From Tubiluchus corallicola (Eukaryota > Animalia > Priapulida), in contig JAQGDQ010000255.1 in the NCBI GenBank assembly GCA_030141605.1, positions 57,746-121,745 on the forward strand: 64,000 nt of DNA, given 5' to 3'. Shown here in pieces: positions 13,746-28,100 of this stretch (its first letter is position 1; each line of letters starts with the position of its first letter). Made by a program: the position numbers and the translations under genes. The notes under the pieces are model-generated. The model worked only from the letters and a program-made list of their open reading frames with translations, did no database searches and had not been told where the DNA came from.

Positions 13746-15745
13746 ATTGAAAACACAAACATAAATCCATGTACATATCTTAAAGGTACCTACCGACAAA
13801 GCTTTTTTATTAGTGCAGTAACAGAAAATGATATAATAAATACTTGCAAATCGTTTAATCGGAATAAAGGTCCTGATAAGGACAAAATGTTACCTAAAGT
13901 CATAATAGACACCATTGACTACATCTCTAAACCTTTGCAATATTTAATTAATTTATCTTTTCTTACAGGTGAAATACCAACGAAATTGAAAGAATCAATT
14001 ATTGTTCCTTTGTTTAAATCAGATGATCCCATGTCTCTGAACAATTATAGACCAGTGTCCTTATTGCCTTTTATATCAAAAATATTAGAAAAAGTTTTTT
14101 ACAATCAGTTATCTCATTATTTAATAAAAAAAATAATTCTGAGTAATAAACAATTTGGTTTCAGAAAAGGTAGCTCCACTGAAATGGCCTTAACAAAAAT
14201 TATAGAAAATATCATTAATACTGTTGAAAAAAATGGCACATCCTACGGAGTATTTTGCGACCTATCAAAAGCATTTGATACAGTAAACCATGACATTCTG
14301 CTAAATAAGTTGTACTATTACGGTATCAGAGGTTTGCCTCATATGTGGCTAAAGAATTATTTAACAGGGCGCACTCAGACAGTAAAATATAATAACGCTT
14401 TTTCAGATGTAACAACAATCAAATGTGGCGTGCCCCAAGGCTCAGTCCTCGGGCCACTACTTTTTCTAACTTATATTAATGACATTAAATTTTGTGTTAA
14501 AAATCACAATTTATTTCAGTTTGCTGATGATACAAGCATTTTTTTAGCTTTCATAAAATAGAAGCCAATATTGACTACATAAATACAGTTCTACATGATC
14601 TAGCTATATGGTTCAAAACAAATAAACTTTCACTAAATTCATCAAAAACAAAATACATTCTGTTTAGATCCCGAAATAAACCAATTCAGGCGAACCACGA
14701 TTTAATAATAGACCATAAAAGAATTACACGTGTAAAAGAACTGAAATTTCTGGGATTAATACTGAATGAGCATCTAGACTGGCGACCACATATATTCATG
14801 ATCAGATTAAAAATATCAAAAAATATAGGTATCATCTCATATATTAAAAACTTTCTGAACACCGAACATCTTCTAACATTATACAACAGTTTAATATTAT
14901 CATATTTAAATTACTGCACAACATTATGGGGCTTTACTTATACTACAAATTTAGAATGCTTAAGAGTTTTACAACGAAAATTTTTACGTGTCATCTTCAA
15001 ACTAGACAAAAGGAGCACAATTACTACTACACATTTTAAGCAATGTCAAATATTACTTCTGGATGATGTTATTAATTTTAATGGATGTATATACATGTAT
15101 AGAACCAACAACAACTTATTTCCAACTTTTTTTGAAAATCCAGTCAAGATAAATGTAAAAAAATACAATACCAGACATAATGAATATATACCAAGACGTT
15201 GTAGAACAAATATGGCGAAACACTTCATCAGCTATATGGGGCCAGTCCTATGGAACAGACTAAGCCGCAATTCGAAATGTAGTCACTCCCTTTTAACTTT
15301 TAAAAAAACCGTCAGAAAAGAAATATTTCAAAAGTATTGAAGAGTAACACAATTTGATAATGGTAATAACCTGCATTTTTTGCTACAGTAATCTTAATAT
15401 AACATGACTATGTTTAACAGGATACTGAACACTTTGTAATCATGATCACAGTTTTTCTTAGTTTCTCGCTCCATTTCATCTTTCATTCACTACTCCCCCC
15501 CATTTTTTTTTAAGATTTCCACATACAGTTTGGCCTGTCAAGCTATGCTTTTAGGCTCAAACTGTATGCATCAAACAATTATTCTGTAATGAAATTTGCA
15601 CATGTATATCCCGCATTATGAAATTTCTTAATAATATTGCATTTATTCATATTTATATTTATATTTACTAAAATGGAAAATTATCTGTATTTTAATGCTA
15701 ATTGTAATGATGCAATGTGGAAAATGAATAAAACTCTTGAATCTT
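13746..15745 (+). mobile_element. 5'-truncated non-LTR retrotransposon (CR1/L2 group, Crack/Daphne-like) with RT domain and 3' UTR
   Basis: RT motifs NYRPVSLLP, QFGFR, DLSKAFD, GVPQGSVLGPLLF, FADD, WF..NKLSLN..KT. One frameshift in a T run near 14540; stop at 15340. 3' UTR hairpin 15522-15568, AATAAA plus TCTTGAA tail. GAATCAT direct repeat at 13739-13745 and 15746-15752. Confidence 0.92.
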
Positions 15746-15919
15746 GAATCATGTTTTAAAATTATAAGAATCATTCCAGTTTTATGAAAAATTTTTCACT
15801 TACAAGGACTTGTAAAAAAACTTTATTTATTTCTTTACATAGAAAGCTGGAACCTCAGTGCAAAGCAGTGCATTTACTTGAGGATTTTCTGCTGGAGCTG
15901 CAAGCTGGCTGAGGTGGTC

Positions 15920-16030
15920 GTGGAGAAACCGGAACTGAGAGAGGAACTGTCGGCGGAAGACATGCCAGCAGACTTACGCGTGCGCAGAAAATTATCATCC
16001 GGGTTTTCACTGTAATGGCGGCCTTAATCA
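15920..16030. promoter_or_regulatory. Probable (bidirectional) housekeeping-type promoter / 5' UTR of mask
   Basis: Local GC/CpG rise just upstream of the ATG. ETS-like CCGGAAC (15929) and GCGGAAG (15953), NRF1-like GCGTGCGCA (15978), YY1-like AATGGCGGCC (16014). Confidence 0.55.
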
Positions 16031-16136
16031 TATTCGATAAGGGATTCACAACTATTTGGCATATTTCTGGCTTATACAGTGTTTATGTTAAAAGCCACTA
16101 AGAACTTTATGTTGTTTTATATTAGAACTGTAAAAG

Positions 16137-19100
16137 ATGCAGAATGCAAGATCACCAAAGGAGACAAGAACCGCTAAAAAAGGAGGACAAGATCAAAAGA
16201 GTGAAACAACTGTGAATCGAAATTTTTCATCGCTTGTAGAAAAGTCTAATATATTAAATTCCGTACCTCAGCGCATAGTTGGTGATTTTTCTGGAAGTGA
16301 AGAGGAAGGCGAAGTATCCGACGTAAGTACTTTTGCGTGAATTTATCGATTTTTTCAATTGTATGGTGCAAACTCCTCTTTTTTCCTAATGTCATTTGGG
16401 GTCATCCATGTTGGTGTCATTGTGTGATTGTATTCAAACCAGTTGATCACCATCCTTAACGGTTTCAACAAATAGTACCGAACGTAGTACAGAACAAGAA
16501 CTTAACAACATAAACACGGATACATACATAAACATAAGTTACGGATGTAGCTCATTGTGTGATTTCTAGCTAAATTTTAGTTTTCAAATTGTAAGTGGTA
16601 AAGCTGCATAATGTGCAATGTGCGGGATTGGGTACTAAAGTTTAGTTGCCAGTTTTACCCACTCTTGTTTTGCACCGAGCAAAGTTGGATTTATTGGTTC
16701 GTAACATGAAATTTGAATATCATCATTTACAGTGGCGGTCTCGTAGCTAAGATTAGTGGGGTTGCTGCTTCAGAAATTTTTTATCATTGTTTTAATATTG
16801 TGTTGAAGTTCACTTACAGTTACAGAACTTATTTCTTGGGGATGCAAGCAGCATGCATGATTATGTAAAGTAAGCAAGTACGTGCATGATTAAATAATTT
16901 AAATTTTCTGTTAAATAAAAGTACTGAAAAACTATGAATTAAATAAAATAGCTGGAAGCATGATAATCATCTAATTCTACACTTATCACATTCAAAAATG
17001 TGGTACACGGTTTTTAAGCACAACACACGCCGAGTCAAAAAGAAACACTGCTTGCACAATAGGGTCGACACTGCGTCTCTTTCTACCTAGCGTGCAGCTT
17101 CTCATCCCAGACATGTGCGCATGCGCACAACAGCCAAACACCATATTGTTGGAACTGTGAAGCGCACATTTCCTTCACATGTTCAGGTTCTGTACAAGGA
17201 TGTACAAGTGTAAAGAAAGAGTTAAAGAAAAGACTCATTATTTTGAATGTTATCGATAATATCAAGTGAAAATAGGGGGTGCTGCAGTTCCACAGTGCCT
17301 AGACACTAGCCGCCACTGATCAATTAACATATCTTTCTGTAAGTACAGTCTTGTGAAATGGAAGTTCTGAGAACTTCCAGTACTTATGGTAAATTCGAGC
17401 AGCCTTAGCAAATTTCCGCAGAAGGGTTGTTAGTATAATTCACACAGCATGTTTTCTGGAACAAGAGCTTATTTTTTACTCATTCAAAAAGGAATTGAAA
17501 GAGGAAGTGCCAGGGTGCCACAGTATCAATCCTTTCAAATTCTCAACTGAAAGTTCTATAACTACTGTGAATGGTGTTACTTTTGAAGGTTCAGCAAAAT
17601 TGTTTTTTACAATACTGTAATTATCTACTTCGACTTCTTGCGATGATTATAGTGTTTAGTTTCAGAGTATGCATGTGTGTCATGAAAATATACAACAAAT
17701 TTTCCATAAGTTTTACAAATGTTTCAATTTTTGGTAAAATTCTTGATGATGGACTGGGTGCTCTAACTCTTCTCGAGTTATCAGCATCTGTAATTTCTGA
17801 AAATCAATGTAAATTTTAATGTAATATAAATTCTTATTTCTACAAATATTTTGAACAAATTTGCAACATGGGGATTAATTTAAAATAAAATAGTAAACTT
17901 TAATGCATTAAATACTCTGTATAGTACTTTGACAATTAGATTATTATTTGTTTTGAAAGCTAGGTCGTAACTTACATAAAAATACATGCAATTACAAGTT
18001 ATAATAACAAAAAACATCTAGAGTTACAATTGTTAACAAATAATAAAAATATTACAATTACAGATATAGAATAATTCATTGTACCTTCATTTTAAACCTG
18101 TGGTGTACTTTCAGTAGTCTATAGCTAAATGCCTAAATGAATGCCAAATATATAGTTCTTTTCAAATGCATTTAAATATTTCAGACTGTAAATAGATGTC
18201 TGAGTTCAAAATACATTTCACATAGAAGTTTTGTGAATTATGTAGCCTAACAAATAAATAGTAAGCTGAAGCTGAACATCTAATTATAACATCAAAGTAA
18301 GAGATGGCGTAATCTAAACACATTTGTCTAGCACTTCAATTATACTGAAGTGAAAATAGCTTTCTAATACACTTATTGTAAGTAATTTTAAGATTCCTGT
18401 AATTATAGAGAAAGAAATTTTTCCATGTGAATATTCCAATGATAGAAGTGCAATATAAGCATTACCGCCCATGTGTTTAAAGCTAATTTCAATGATAAAA
18501 AACAGGACCCTTTCAAACTGTAGTTTAAAATAATCTAACGTATAAAATATTGAAAGAGAACACAATTGTTTTGTTTAAAAATAACTTAGTGAAAGAATTA
18601 TTGCCACAGAAACCTCATTTTACATTTGCACAGTTAATTTTCTACTGTTGCATGTGTTTTGGCGTTCCAGTTAGATCTGCACCAGTGCCTGCATTTTGGA
18701 AATACATTGCGTAAAATAGGCACTGTACCTGATCGTGTGAACACATTTTACTTCTGATGTGATACACACGTGAGAGCTCATACTTTAGATAAAGTAAGAT
18801 AAACAGAGGTAAACCTGAAATTTAAATTTTTAAACATGAATTTGTTGCGTTTTTGTGCTTCACAGTCAATGTCGCACAGTAGCGCTGGATTTCTATTTTC
18901 TCTTTGGAAAACGCATGCAACACATTCGTGGAATGTTTGTGCTGTTACAAAATTATGTTCAATTGTCACAATTGCACTTTCCGGCATTTGTTAAATTTTT
19001 AAGCTATTATTTAATTATCACCGAAACACTTCGGTGTTAGAATGTATATGTTCACCATACTTCAAAATAGAGCAGCATCATTCTGTTTTCCTTTAAACTG

Positions 19101-22100
19101 AATCAGTCTTTTCTAAACACACGTGGGAGGCATTGCCTACGTGGACAATTTTATAGAATGGCTACCTGCAGCATTAATTTTGCATAATAAGTCAATTTGT
19201 AAATAATGCGCAGTAAAAATACTCTAGAATCTTTAAATAGTCCCCTTTGCAATAGGGATACATTACAGCTTGACATTTTGTTTGCATTATACAATTATGC
19301 TTTAGAATTGGAGTGCATATGCTGTGTGGAGGCTTATTTAGGACAAAAATTAAGGTATCAGTATATAGTGTTTGGACTAGCTTGAAATATAGTTATTGCC
19401 AAAGGTGATTCGTATATGAAATTTGAAACCTTTTGATAATAGTATTCTTAAGAATATTCTAATCTATGAACTGAACTGAGATTGAGTTTAAACAGTTAGT
19501 AAATCTATGCTGTGCGAGTTTAAAAGGCTTTAGTTGCTCAGTGACATCCTTTCTAGCACATTCTAGAATACCAGTATTCCCAGTAGAGAGTATTTTTTAA
19601 GCTGTACCTGTTTAGCATGTACCTATTTATTCATTTCTGTATAAATCAGCTTAGGTTCATGGCCTATTAGAATTGTTTGAGTAGTCAAAATCAGCAGTAA
19701 AATTCTTTTATTAACAGTAAATCAAATAAAATTAAACCAATTAAAGAAACTATAACTGGTATCAGTAGAGTACAGTAATTTATAATTCACCTATATAAAG
19801 TTACAAAATAAAATTGAAGGCAAGGCGAAAACATGTGATGCGATAGAGATGCATAGTTAATCAAATGAGTTTACACTCATCCCTGCACAGTGAAAGTTTT
19901 AGTAAATAATAGTAATCAATAATAACCACTGTTAGTGATAAGGCAGAATAGGCTTATGTTATGCTTCACTCGAGGTGGGACAGCCATTATTTGAATATCT
20001 TTTGATTTTAAAATTAAGGTTACAGCTAATTTAGAAATGTCAAAATTCGTTTGGTTTAGTTGTGTCAAACAAAATAATACTTCTCCCTTTCAATTTTGAC
20101 TGCATTCAAAATTTTTTCCAGTTTTTTCTCATTATAGTTAATGTGATCTCTGGAAATCTCCTTCATTGTAATCCAGTCTGCTTTAAAACTGTTTTTGTTA
20201 CAAAAAAGCTGTGTTAACTGGGTACACTATGGTACTTTTTGGCACTTCTGAGTTTTTAAATTTGGTAGCTAGTGCAGTTAAGATTTCAGGCACTCACATC
20301 ACACATTGTTAGGGGCAGTATAATAAACTTGGCTGCACTTTTGTTTGTTAATGTTTTTAAAACTGTTTTGACAAACAATTTTTGGAAAATGATAACTTTT
20401 GAAATTATTATTAGTTTTTATTACCCCCAGTATTAAAATTTATTTTTGAGATGTGACATGGACTATTGTAATCATTTCAGTAATGATTTAACTGGTTTTT
20501 CATCTAATTTTCCCACCACCTGACCAGTAGGGTTGAGCATCGAACGTTCGAATTCGATTCAAACAAGTTTTTTTTAATTTGAATTCGATTTGAACCTACA
20601 ATTATAAATTTGAATAATTCAGCATTTCAGTCATATACGTTCTTCTTTATCATTAAAATGTTTGAAACAGCATGCAATTAGCGCAATTTAGCTGCAGTTC
20701 TGTGCAAAATTTTCAACAAACTAATAGTGGTTTTACTGCAGAACAAATCAAATAATTTGTATGATCTTTGTAAGACCACTTTTCACTAGTGATTCGAACA
20801 CTTGTTCGAAAATCTTTCAAACTGAATTGAATTAGGAAGTCACAAATTCGATTCGAATTCGAATTTTTGGTAGAGAATGCTTACCCCTACTGACCACGAA
20901 TACTATTTACACAGAATAGATTTTTGAACATGTTCAGCATCTCTTCTTGGAGAATTATTCTTGTTAATGAATTTGGTTTTTGTCCTCCCACAACAATTCA
21001 ACATTAGTAGTAAGGATTCCTTGTCGTTAATTTTGGATGTAGGTTCTGCCTTATTTAATTATATAAATATTATTTTCCACTCAGTGCCAATCTAGTGAAG
21101 CACCAGTCATCAATGTGTGAAATAATCATCAATAATAAAATTAGATCTACAGATGAGTGTCTCTTTAACTTTTACAAATGTGTCAGCTCACATATTTAGT
21201 ATACTAATTACTTGGTCTGATGCTTATCTTGCAGTTTAGAGGTTAGCATTTATAAATTTGTGCAGAACAGCTTTTGGTGTTGCTACGACTTTGTTAGTTT
21301 GTTTGAAAAATGTGTAAAACATGTGTGCTATGTCCTTTTCATTTTTGTTTACAAATGCTACGTAATGGCCAGGTTTGGATTTAGAGGGACATGTCCAGTA
21401 CAAGTTTGGCCACTACCTGTTAGTTTGTTTCAAAAATGTGTAAAACATGTGTCTGCGTCCTTTTTATTTTGGCTTACAAATGTTACACAATCATCAGTTT
21501 TGGACTTAGAGGGACAGGCCAATTTGACAACTAATTGGTGAAACACCACAAATTTGAACTTTGGGAAACGTTAGTCATAATAATGGTGGTATTTCTTCTG
21601 TGCTGTTATGCCAGTAGCAGTTGGTTTTGTGTCACATTAATGTGAATGTGTCAAATTCATGAGTAAGAGAGAAATTACTTCAATTAATAAGACTTGTTAG
21701 AGTACAGGTCTATAGGCAACCTTACGCATTGAATCGTTTACTTTAAAAAATATTTTCGAATTTTCTCTTTCGCAACTCAAGATGTTTAAACTTTAAAAGA
21801 TGTCACATAGTCTATACACATATAACTTTCAGTGATCTGTGAACAAGTGTTGGTGTTTGGTTGTGATCCTTGATTGATGATCAATTTCTAATCGTCACAT
21901 CATTAAATTGTTGATTAGTTCAGTAAATTTTTGACCCCATCATGCTGCAAAAATTGATAAGTTTATAAGAAAAAGTAAAAATAATATATCTAAAGCTTAT
22001 AGCTTAACTAGCAGTATTTACATGCATTAAATATTTACCCGACTTTTGATCGATCGGTGTCGATGAACAGAAAACTCAATCGACTCGTGATTGGTTCGTT

Positions 22101-25100
22101 ATAAAAAAATGTCCAGTCCATCACCAATTTGGATGCATCTGGCGTTACACTTTTGGCACAATATTCCTAATTTAAAAATAATTGACCAAAACCCCTAACG
22201 TAACAATAGTCGAAACTGGCACAGTAGTAAAAAACTAACCTAAATATAATGATCTATGTTCCTAAAAGATTGTACTATATTAGATGCCTTGTACCGGTGT
22301 GCCTACATGGGAACTATTTAAGTTAGTATGGAATTTAAATGCTGTCCTGTTTGTCCAGAATAATTATGTGTACATGCTTGTAACAGTACCTACATACTGT
22401 TCACTGTATGGGAAGCTTTTATACATATTGTGTCTAAGCTTTGTCATTTAAGAGCTTTTCTTTGAAGAATTTTCTTTAACAATCAGCTAGATTCCCGTCT
22501 TGCCGCAACTGCCTTCACTGAAGTACCGCTTTACTGTGTACTGGAACCCGAATTGCACTGTGCATAATTTTATTAGAAAACGATAACATTAATTGGAGGA
22601 AAATTTGGTCAAAAGTTTTACAAATTTGTCTCTTCAAACCACAGACAAAGTCATTCAAATATTCTTTTTGCAACAAAGATAGCTTTTAGCCTTTTTTTAG
22701 GTAGATTAAATCACAGTTGTCAGATGCACGACCGCTATTAGATCTGTGCTCGTTTTTTTGTGTTCTATGTGTGTAGTACTTTTTAATTATTATTTTTTCT
22801 GTGCACCTGAAGACATTTCGATGTTGGGTGCTGACAATACTTAATTTGAGTAACCTCGTTATTTTATACTAGGAAAAGTTCTTTCTAACTATAACTCAAT
22901 GGTTGTAATTAATTTTTAGGTGGAATCATTTATTCTCGAGCAAGCTGATTTAGACGAAGAAGCGCTACTGGATGCTCCAAAGTTTATTCTGCCTGGTGAA
23001 GCTGCAGAAAGTCCTGATTTAAGAGGCGTGGATTTAGAAACTCAAGCTCGACTTGAAGCTCTCTTGGAGGCAGCAGGTAAAGATACCATATCTGTCTAGC
23101 ACCTGAAAAATTAGCTAGTGCGTGACTTAATGATGAGTGTTTTATAATTTTTAAAATTTTATATGTTAAATGGACACCAGCTTATCAAATGTTCACCTTA
23201 TCAATTTGTGCCAGCGTTATTATGTGCTGTTAATAAGTACTGTTTACAACATTAATGCCATGATCTAATGAAATTATTATTGAACTTAAGAATTTGGTAT
23301 ACCTTTAACACTATTGCTGATACTTCATTCTTGATATCATGATGCTTTCAAATAGCATCTTAATGTTTCTAGCTCATGCCAGAAATCTACTTAAATTAAA
23401 TGTAAGTGTAAATGTGAAGATATTTTTTTTAAGAAAAAATAGGTTGCATAACTTGTTTAACAGCTTAGTATGATGAAAGAAGCTTCTTTATGTAGTCATG
23501 TCTGACTAATTTGTCTTAAACCTCGAACTGCTCGTACAAGATAATGATATAATACAGAATCTATAGAAGACTGACGTCAAAAGGCAGCAGACTTGAAAGT
23601 CTGGTTCATGAAACTTTTTTCTGGAACTAATAATACTCTAGCAACATTTGTTTTGCATCATAGAGACCTGTTTTGAAACCGCACATTTGCTTGGCTCAGC
23701 TCAAATTTGTGTTTAGTCCAGACTCCTGATACAGATTACCATTCACTTGCTGGCTAGCAATCGTCTCATGCAAATTGCTACATCAAACCATTTTGCTTTA
23801 GTTAGAACTGAGACCTCACTTCCTCTTTTAGTAGAGGAACGATCGTAATGTTCCCTGACACTTTCATTAGAACAAAGAATTGAATACCGTTTTAGATTTT
23901 AACATGTTTATTAGCGCAGACGATCGTGTCGACAGCAACTGTCATTTTCAATGCTATAAATCAACCCACAACAAATAATTTGTACAATTATGACACTACT
24001 AACCAAGGCTTAAAATAAATTACATCATTACACAATCACAAGAGTGAAATTCAAATTGTCAGAATACAACTGGAAATAATTTAGAAAGAGGCTCTCATGT
24101 AAAAAAATTGTAGAGAAAACATAAAAATAGTACATTGTGTGTTTAATATGTAATATTATATATATTACCAGACTCAGGTAAAGATCACAACAACCAGCAA
24201 ATAATTAGTTTAACACCTTGCAAAGTTTACTGATAAAGTCTACATATTGTTTTAGATTTCACTAAGTGTATTGAAAAGATGTGGCGTGGGCTTCCCTTTT
24301 CAAAATGTCAGCAATTTTTGTAAGGGGGGGGGGGCAAAAAGGGGTCAGTGGGTGCCAAATTGCAAAAATGTGCAAATTCTAATAAAATTTATCAAATTAT
24401 GTGTCTTATCACACTGAATAACAAAGTATATAGTTTGACCTATCTCTGACCTTTCACAGTCTAAAACAGTTTTCAAATCTCTGCTCTAGTGAAAGTGTCA
24501 CGGAACATTAGGATTGTTCCTATACTGTTTGTAATGGTTTTCGAGTAAAAGCAGTAATAGTGAAACAAAGTGAATTTTCGTTTTTAAAGTGTTTAAATAA
24601 GTAGTTTTGTTTATTAAGTAAGGTGTTTTATGTTCTAGTATTTAAAGCTGTTATAGTTAGCAAGCCATGCAAAGGAAACTGCTTTAACTGAATCATGTGG
24701 GAGTTTCTGTTGCATTTATGCATGTCTTTTGTACATTGTTGAAATTGGAATTTGTAATTTTGCTAGAGGTTATTTGAAGGTCATTGGCAGGATGTAGTAA
24801 TATGTTGATATACCCAATGTCAAAGTTAAACAATGCAGAGCCTGGTTAGTAATTGGGTGGATGACCATCGGGAAAGTTACTTCTAGGCAATTTCTTCTAC
24901 CCATTATTCCCCTCCTGCTATTTGTCTTGTTGAAGGAAGATGAGTCAAAATGTTCTAAGATTCCTTTGCCTATTTTGTTTTTAATCTTTGATTATCAGCC
25001 ACGTTTTGATCCTGCTGCAACTATCAATAATGTTTTGTCCTGCAAGTGAGTGTTGGACACTGATTTAGTTTCCTTGGGTTCTGCTCCTAAAGTCTTCTTA

Positions 25101-28100
25101 ACTGTGCCACAATGTTTGGCATGTGACCTGACGGCACATAATCTAATATGTAGGATTACTATGTGTATGTCTTGTTTGATTGTGGTTTGAGGTGTAAGAA
25201 AATAAGAGCTTACAGTTAGGTGAGGTCAATGTCATGTTAGGCGAAGTCAAGGTCATGTGTCATCTGACACTGGACTAGCGACAGTTTAAAGGTCACCGAT
25301 TACACTAAACTGTGTTTTCCAGACTGAATTGTTTAATAGGCTTTCTTTGTGTTCCAGTATTTTAATCAATACTCTTGCTTTCTAGCTTTTTAATTACTTG
25401 TCTGCCAAAAGTTTGATGGTAGTGTGTTGCTTGGATTTATTGAGGAGAAAAAAATTTCACACCTTAGGACTATCTCAGGCACAATATTGTAACTTGTTTC
25501 AGTATAATAACTTGGCACAATGACTGTAATTTGACACAATATTATTTTCAGGCATCGGAAAGTTGACCACTGTTGACGGAAAAGCTTTCACCGATCCCGA
25601 AGTGTTACGTAAACTAACTTCGTCCGTTAGCTGCGCCTTGGACGAAGCGGCTGCCGCACTGACTCGCATGCGAGCAGAAAATCCTGGACAACTTGGAACA
25701 GGAGACGGGTAAGTGTTCTAGCATCATCCAAATTCTGTGACACCTCGCCTTGTGTTGCAAATAAATATTTGTCGTACAGTTTGTTTTCAGTAGTTTTTTT
25801 GCTTTCCAATTGTTTTTACTCTTGTTTACGTAGAACTCGAGTTCTTTGACACTGTAAAGAAAAGACATTTTTGTTTTTTGGCGGGGGAGGTGGGCAAGGA
25901 TAGAGTTGAAATGCCACTGCAGGAATTTAATGTTGCTTGAACTAACAATCCCGAGTTTCTAGACAATCCATATGTTGGCCTGGTAGGACGAACAAAAATG
26001 CAGATTAATCACTTGAGTTGCCATCTAAGTAATATACAACAGTGTTTATTATGGGAAACCAGTCTGAAACAAGACCGTCAGCTTATGCTATGTCGACTAG
26101 ACTTTGTGTACTTGTGAGCACCATGCGACAGTGTTAATATTGGAAACCTATGTTCCATTTGCCTGTTGTTTTACAATTATTCTTTTTTGATACAATTATT
26201 CTTTTATGATGACGATAGTGTATGAGACATAATAATTTATTACAATATGAAGTAACAATTTGGATGTACTATATATTTAACGTCATTATATTGTACTGAA
26301 TGTAATAATAATAAAAACTTCAAAAAAAAGCTAATAAGTGTAAGCATCATCATCATCGCCGTTGGTGTTATCATCTTGTCATCATCAACAAGCTCTTGCT
26401 GAACGTAATTTAATTAGTTTTTTCATTTGCTGTTGGTTTGTTTATTTGTTTCATTTTATAGTAAATGTTATTATTCACTACGAGTGTTGATAACAGATGA
26501 ATAAATAAAGTGGAAATTAAACTGAACTCGACTAACGAGTATAAGCGTAAGAGGATGGCAAGCAGCACGTGTGGTCTTCATTATTATAGCATGCCCTTTT
26601 GGACTTTGGGGAAAGACAGGATTTCTCTGTGTTGTAAGCAATTCTATGTTTGTCCAGTTTCTACAGCAGACATTTATTTTCTCTTTATCCACTTTTGTTC
26701 ATTTCCAATTCGTTAATTTTTCCATTTACTTTTTGTTTTATGCAGCATTACAAGTCGATAAGATTGTTCTTTGCTGTTTTATTTGTAATTTATTGTAAAA
26801 AAGCCTACAGTTTTGTCTAGTGTACAGAGTACAAAGTACTGAACTACAAATTTAGGTGCAGACATGAAAAGTATGAAAGAATGGAGAAGAAAATGTTCAA
26901 ACACAGTTCATTTAAAAATTGACAGACTATGGAAACTGGTGATTCCTTTGAATATTTTAGATGCCTTGCAAATGAACAAGAAAATTTTCAAAACTATGTT
27001 TGAAAATTATTTTTGTGATCTATTTTTACAACATTTTGCTCCATATAGTCACTCTGATTGCCCATTGAAGGTCTGTATTTTTAAGGGTATCATATCACTT
27101 CATGGTGTCAACATCAACTGTACAATTAAAATAACAGACCAGAACGATTTAATTAACTCATTTAATCTGACCCGATACATGCCTACTGATGCATACGGAA
27201 CTGTAGCAGTGATTATGTGAGTTGTTTTGGCTTCTTATAGTCGTTCACTGATTGATGCTTGCAACGAAGGCGACGTCGGAACAGTAAGAAAGTTACTGGA
27301 AGAAGGACGCAACGTGCAAGAAACCACGGAAGAAGGAGAAAGCCTTTTGTCTCTTGCTTGCTCGGCTGGTTATTACGAATTAGCACAGGTATAGAATATT
27401 CGAATTTTTTCCCCAAACATCAGTATAAGAATCTCGTCCTGTAAACTTTTGTTGTAATCTCTACAGGTTCAATATACTGAAGTTACTTTTTAATAATTGT
27501 CACATTCGGTGAAAGTTGTACTAAGCAACATGAATGTTTCCCTATAACTCTTATGAAGATTTATCCGAAAAAAAAAACTGATAGTAAACAGCAAACACGA
27601 CACAACAGCCAACATTTCGCTTTTTGTTTTTGCATGATAACTAGGAGAGTGCGATGTACTGTCGGTACACAAGTTGTGTCAATGCTCAATAGCGTGGCAG
27701 TTCTGTATTTGCTTAAATATGATGAAATAAATCGAGCTAGTAAACAATTATACCTTTGCAGTTTTGCTTAAACACAGTTTTTGTTGATTATACAAAATAG
27801 TTTGAAGAGCTTTTGAAAGAATTAGGTCTACTTTAAGAAATTTAATATTTTACTACATGACATTAACCATTGAATGCAAATGCAGATATAGTAATCAGAA
27901 CAATTTACACTGCTCACCAATCACCACTAACTTAAAACGATAAAATGTTATAGAGTTTTAAATTTTCTAGTTGGAATTACAAGAAAATTTGATTCAGCTT
28001 CAGTTAAAAATTCAACTCTTCTGTACGGTAATCCAGTTTAACTTGATATTTTTTCGGAATTCGGTTCAGCAGCACAGTCGATTATTCGGTTAAGTTTCGG

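Larger units (their letters stand above)
12190..15963 (-). pseudogene. Candidate decayed 5' exons of an unidentified head-to-head gene (about 15963-15839, 13062-12994, 12839-12770, 12536-12427, 12282-12190), interrupted by the LINE
   Basis: Minus-strand blocks with AG/GT ends; the first three join in phase 0: ..FRRQFLSQFRFLHDHLSQLAAPAENPQVNALLCTEVPAFY|LNFG*RYVNCLREYIERGAI*NK|TLESEEIRNSSVIHPKVRLQN. In-frame TAG stops are present and the protein is not recognised. Confidence 0.3.

Noticed and set aside
12190-15963. Naming the minus-strand remnant as PGS1, BBS9 or COX18
   Set aside because: Only short resemblances, in the wrong order or frame
23470-23510. C/D snoRNA (ATGATGA...CTGA with short stem)
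   Set aside because: Only about 36 nt from box C to box D, too short
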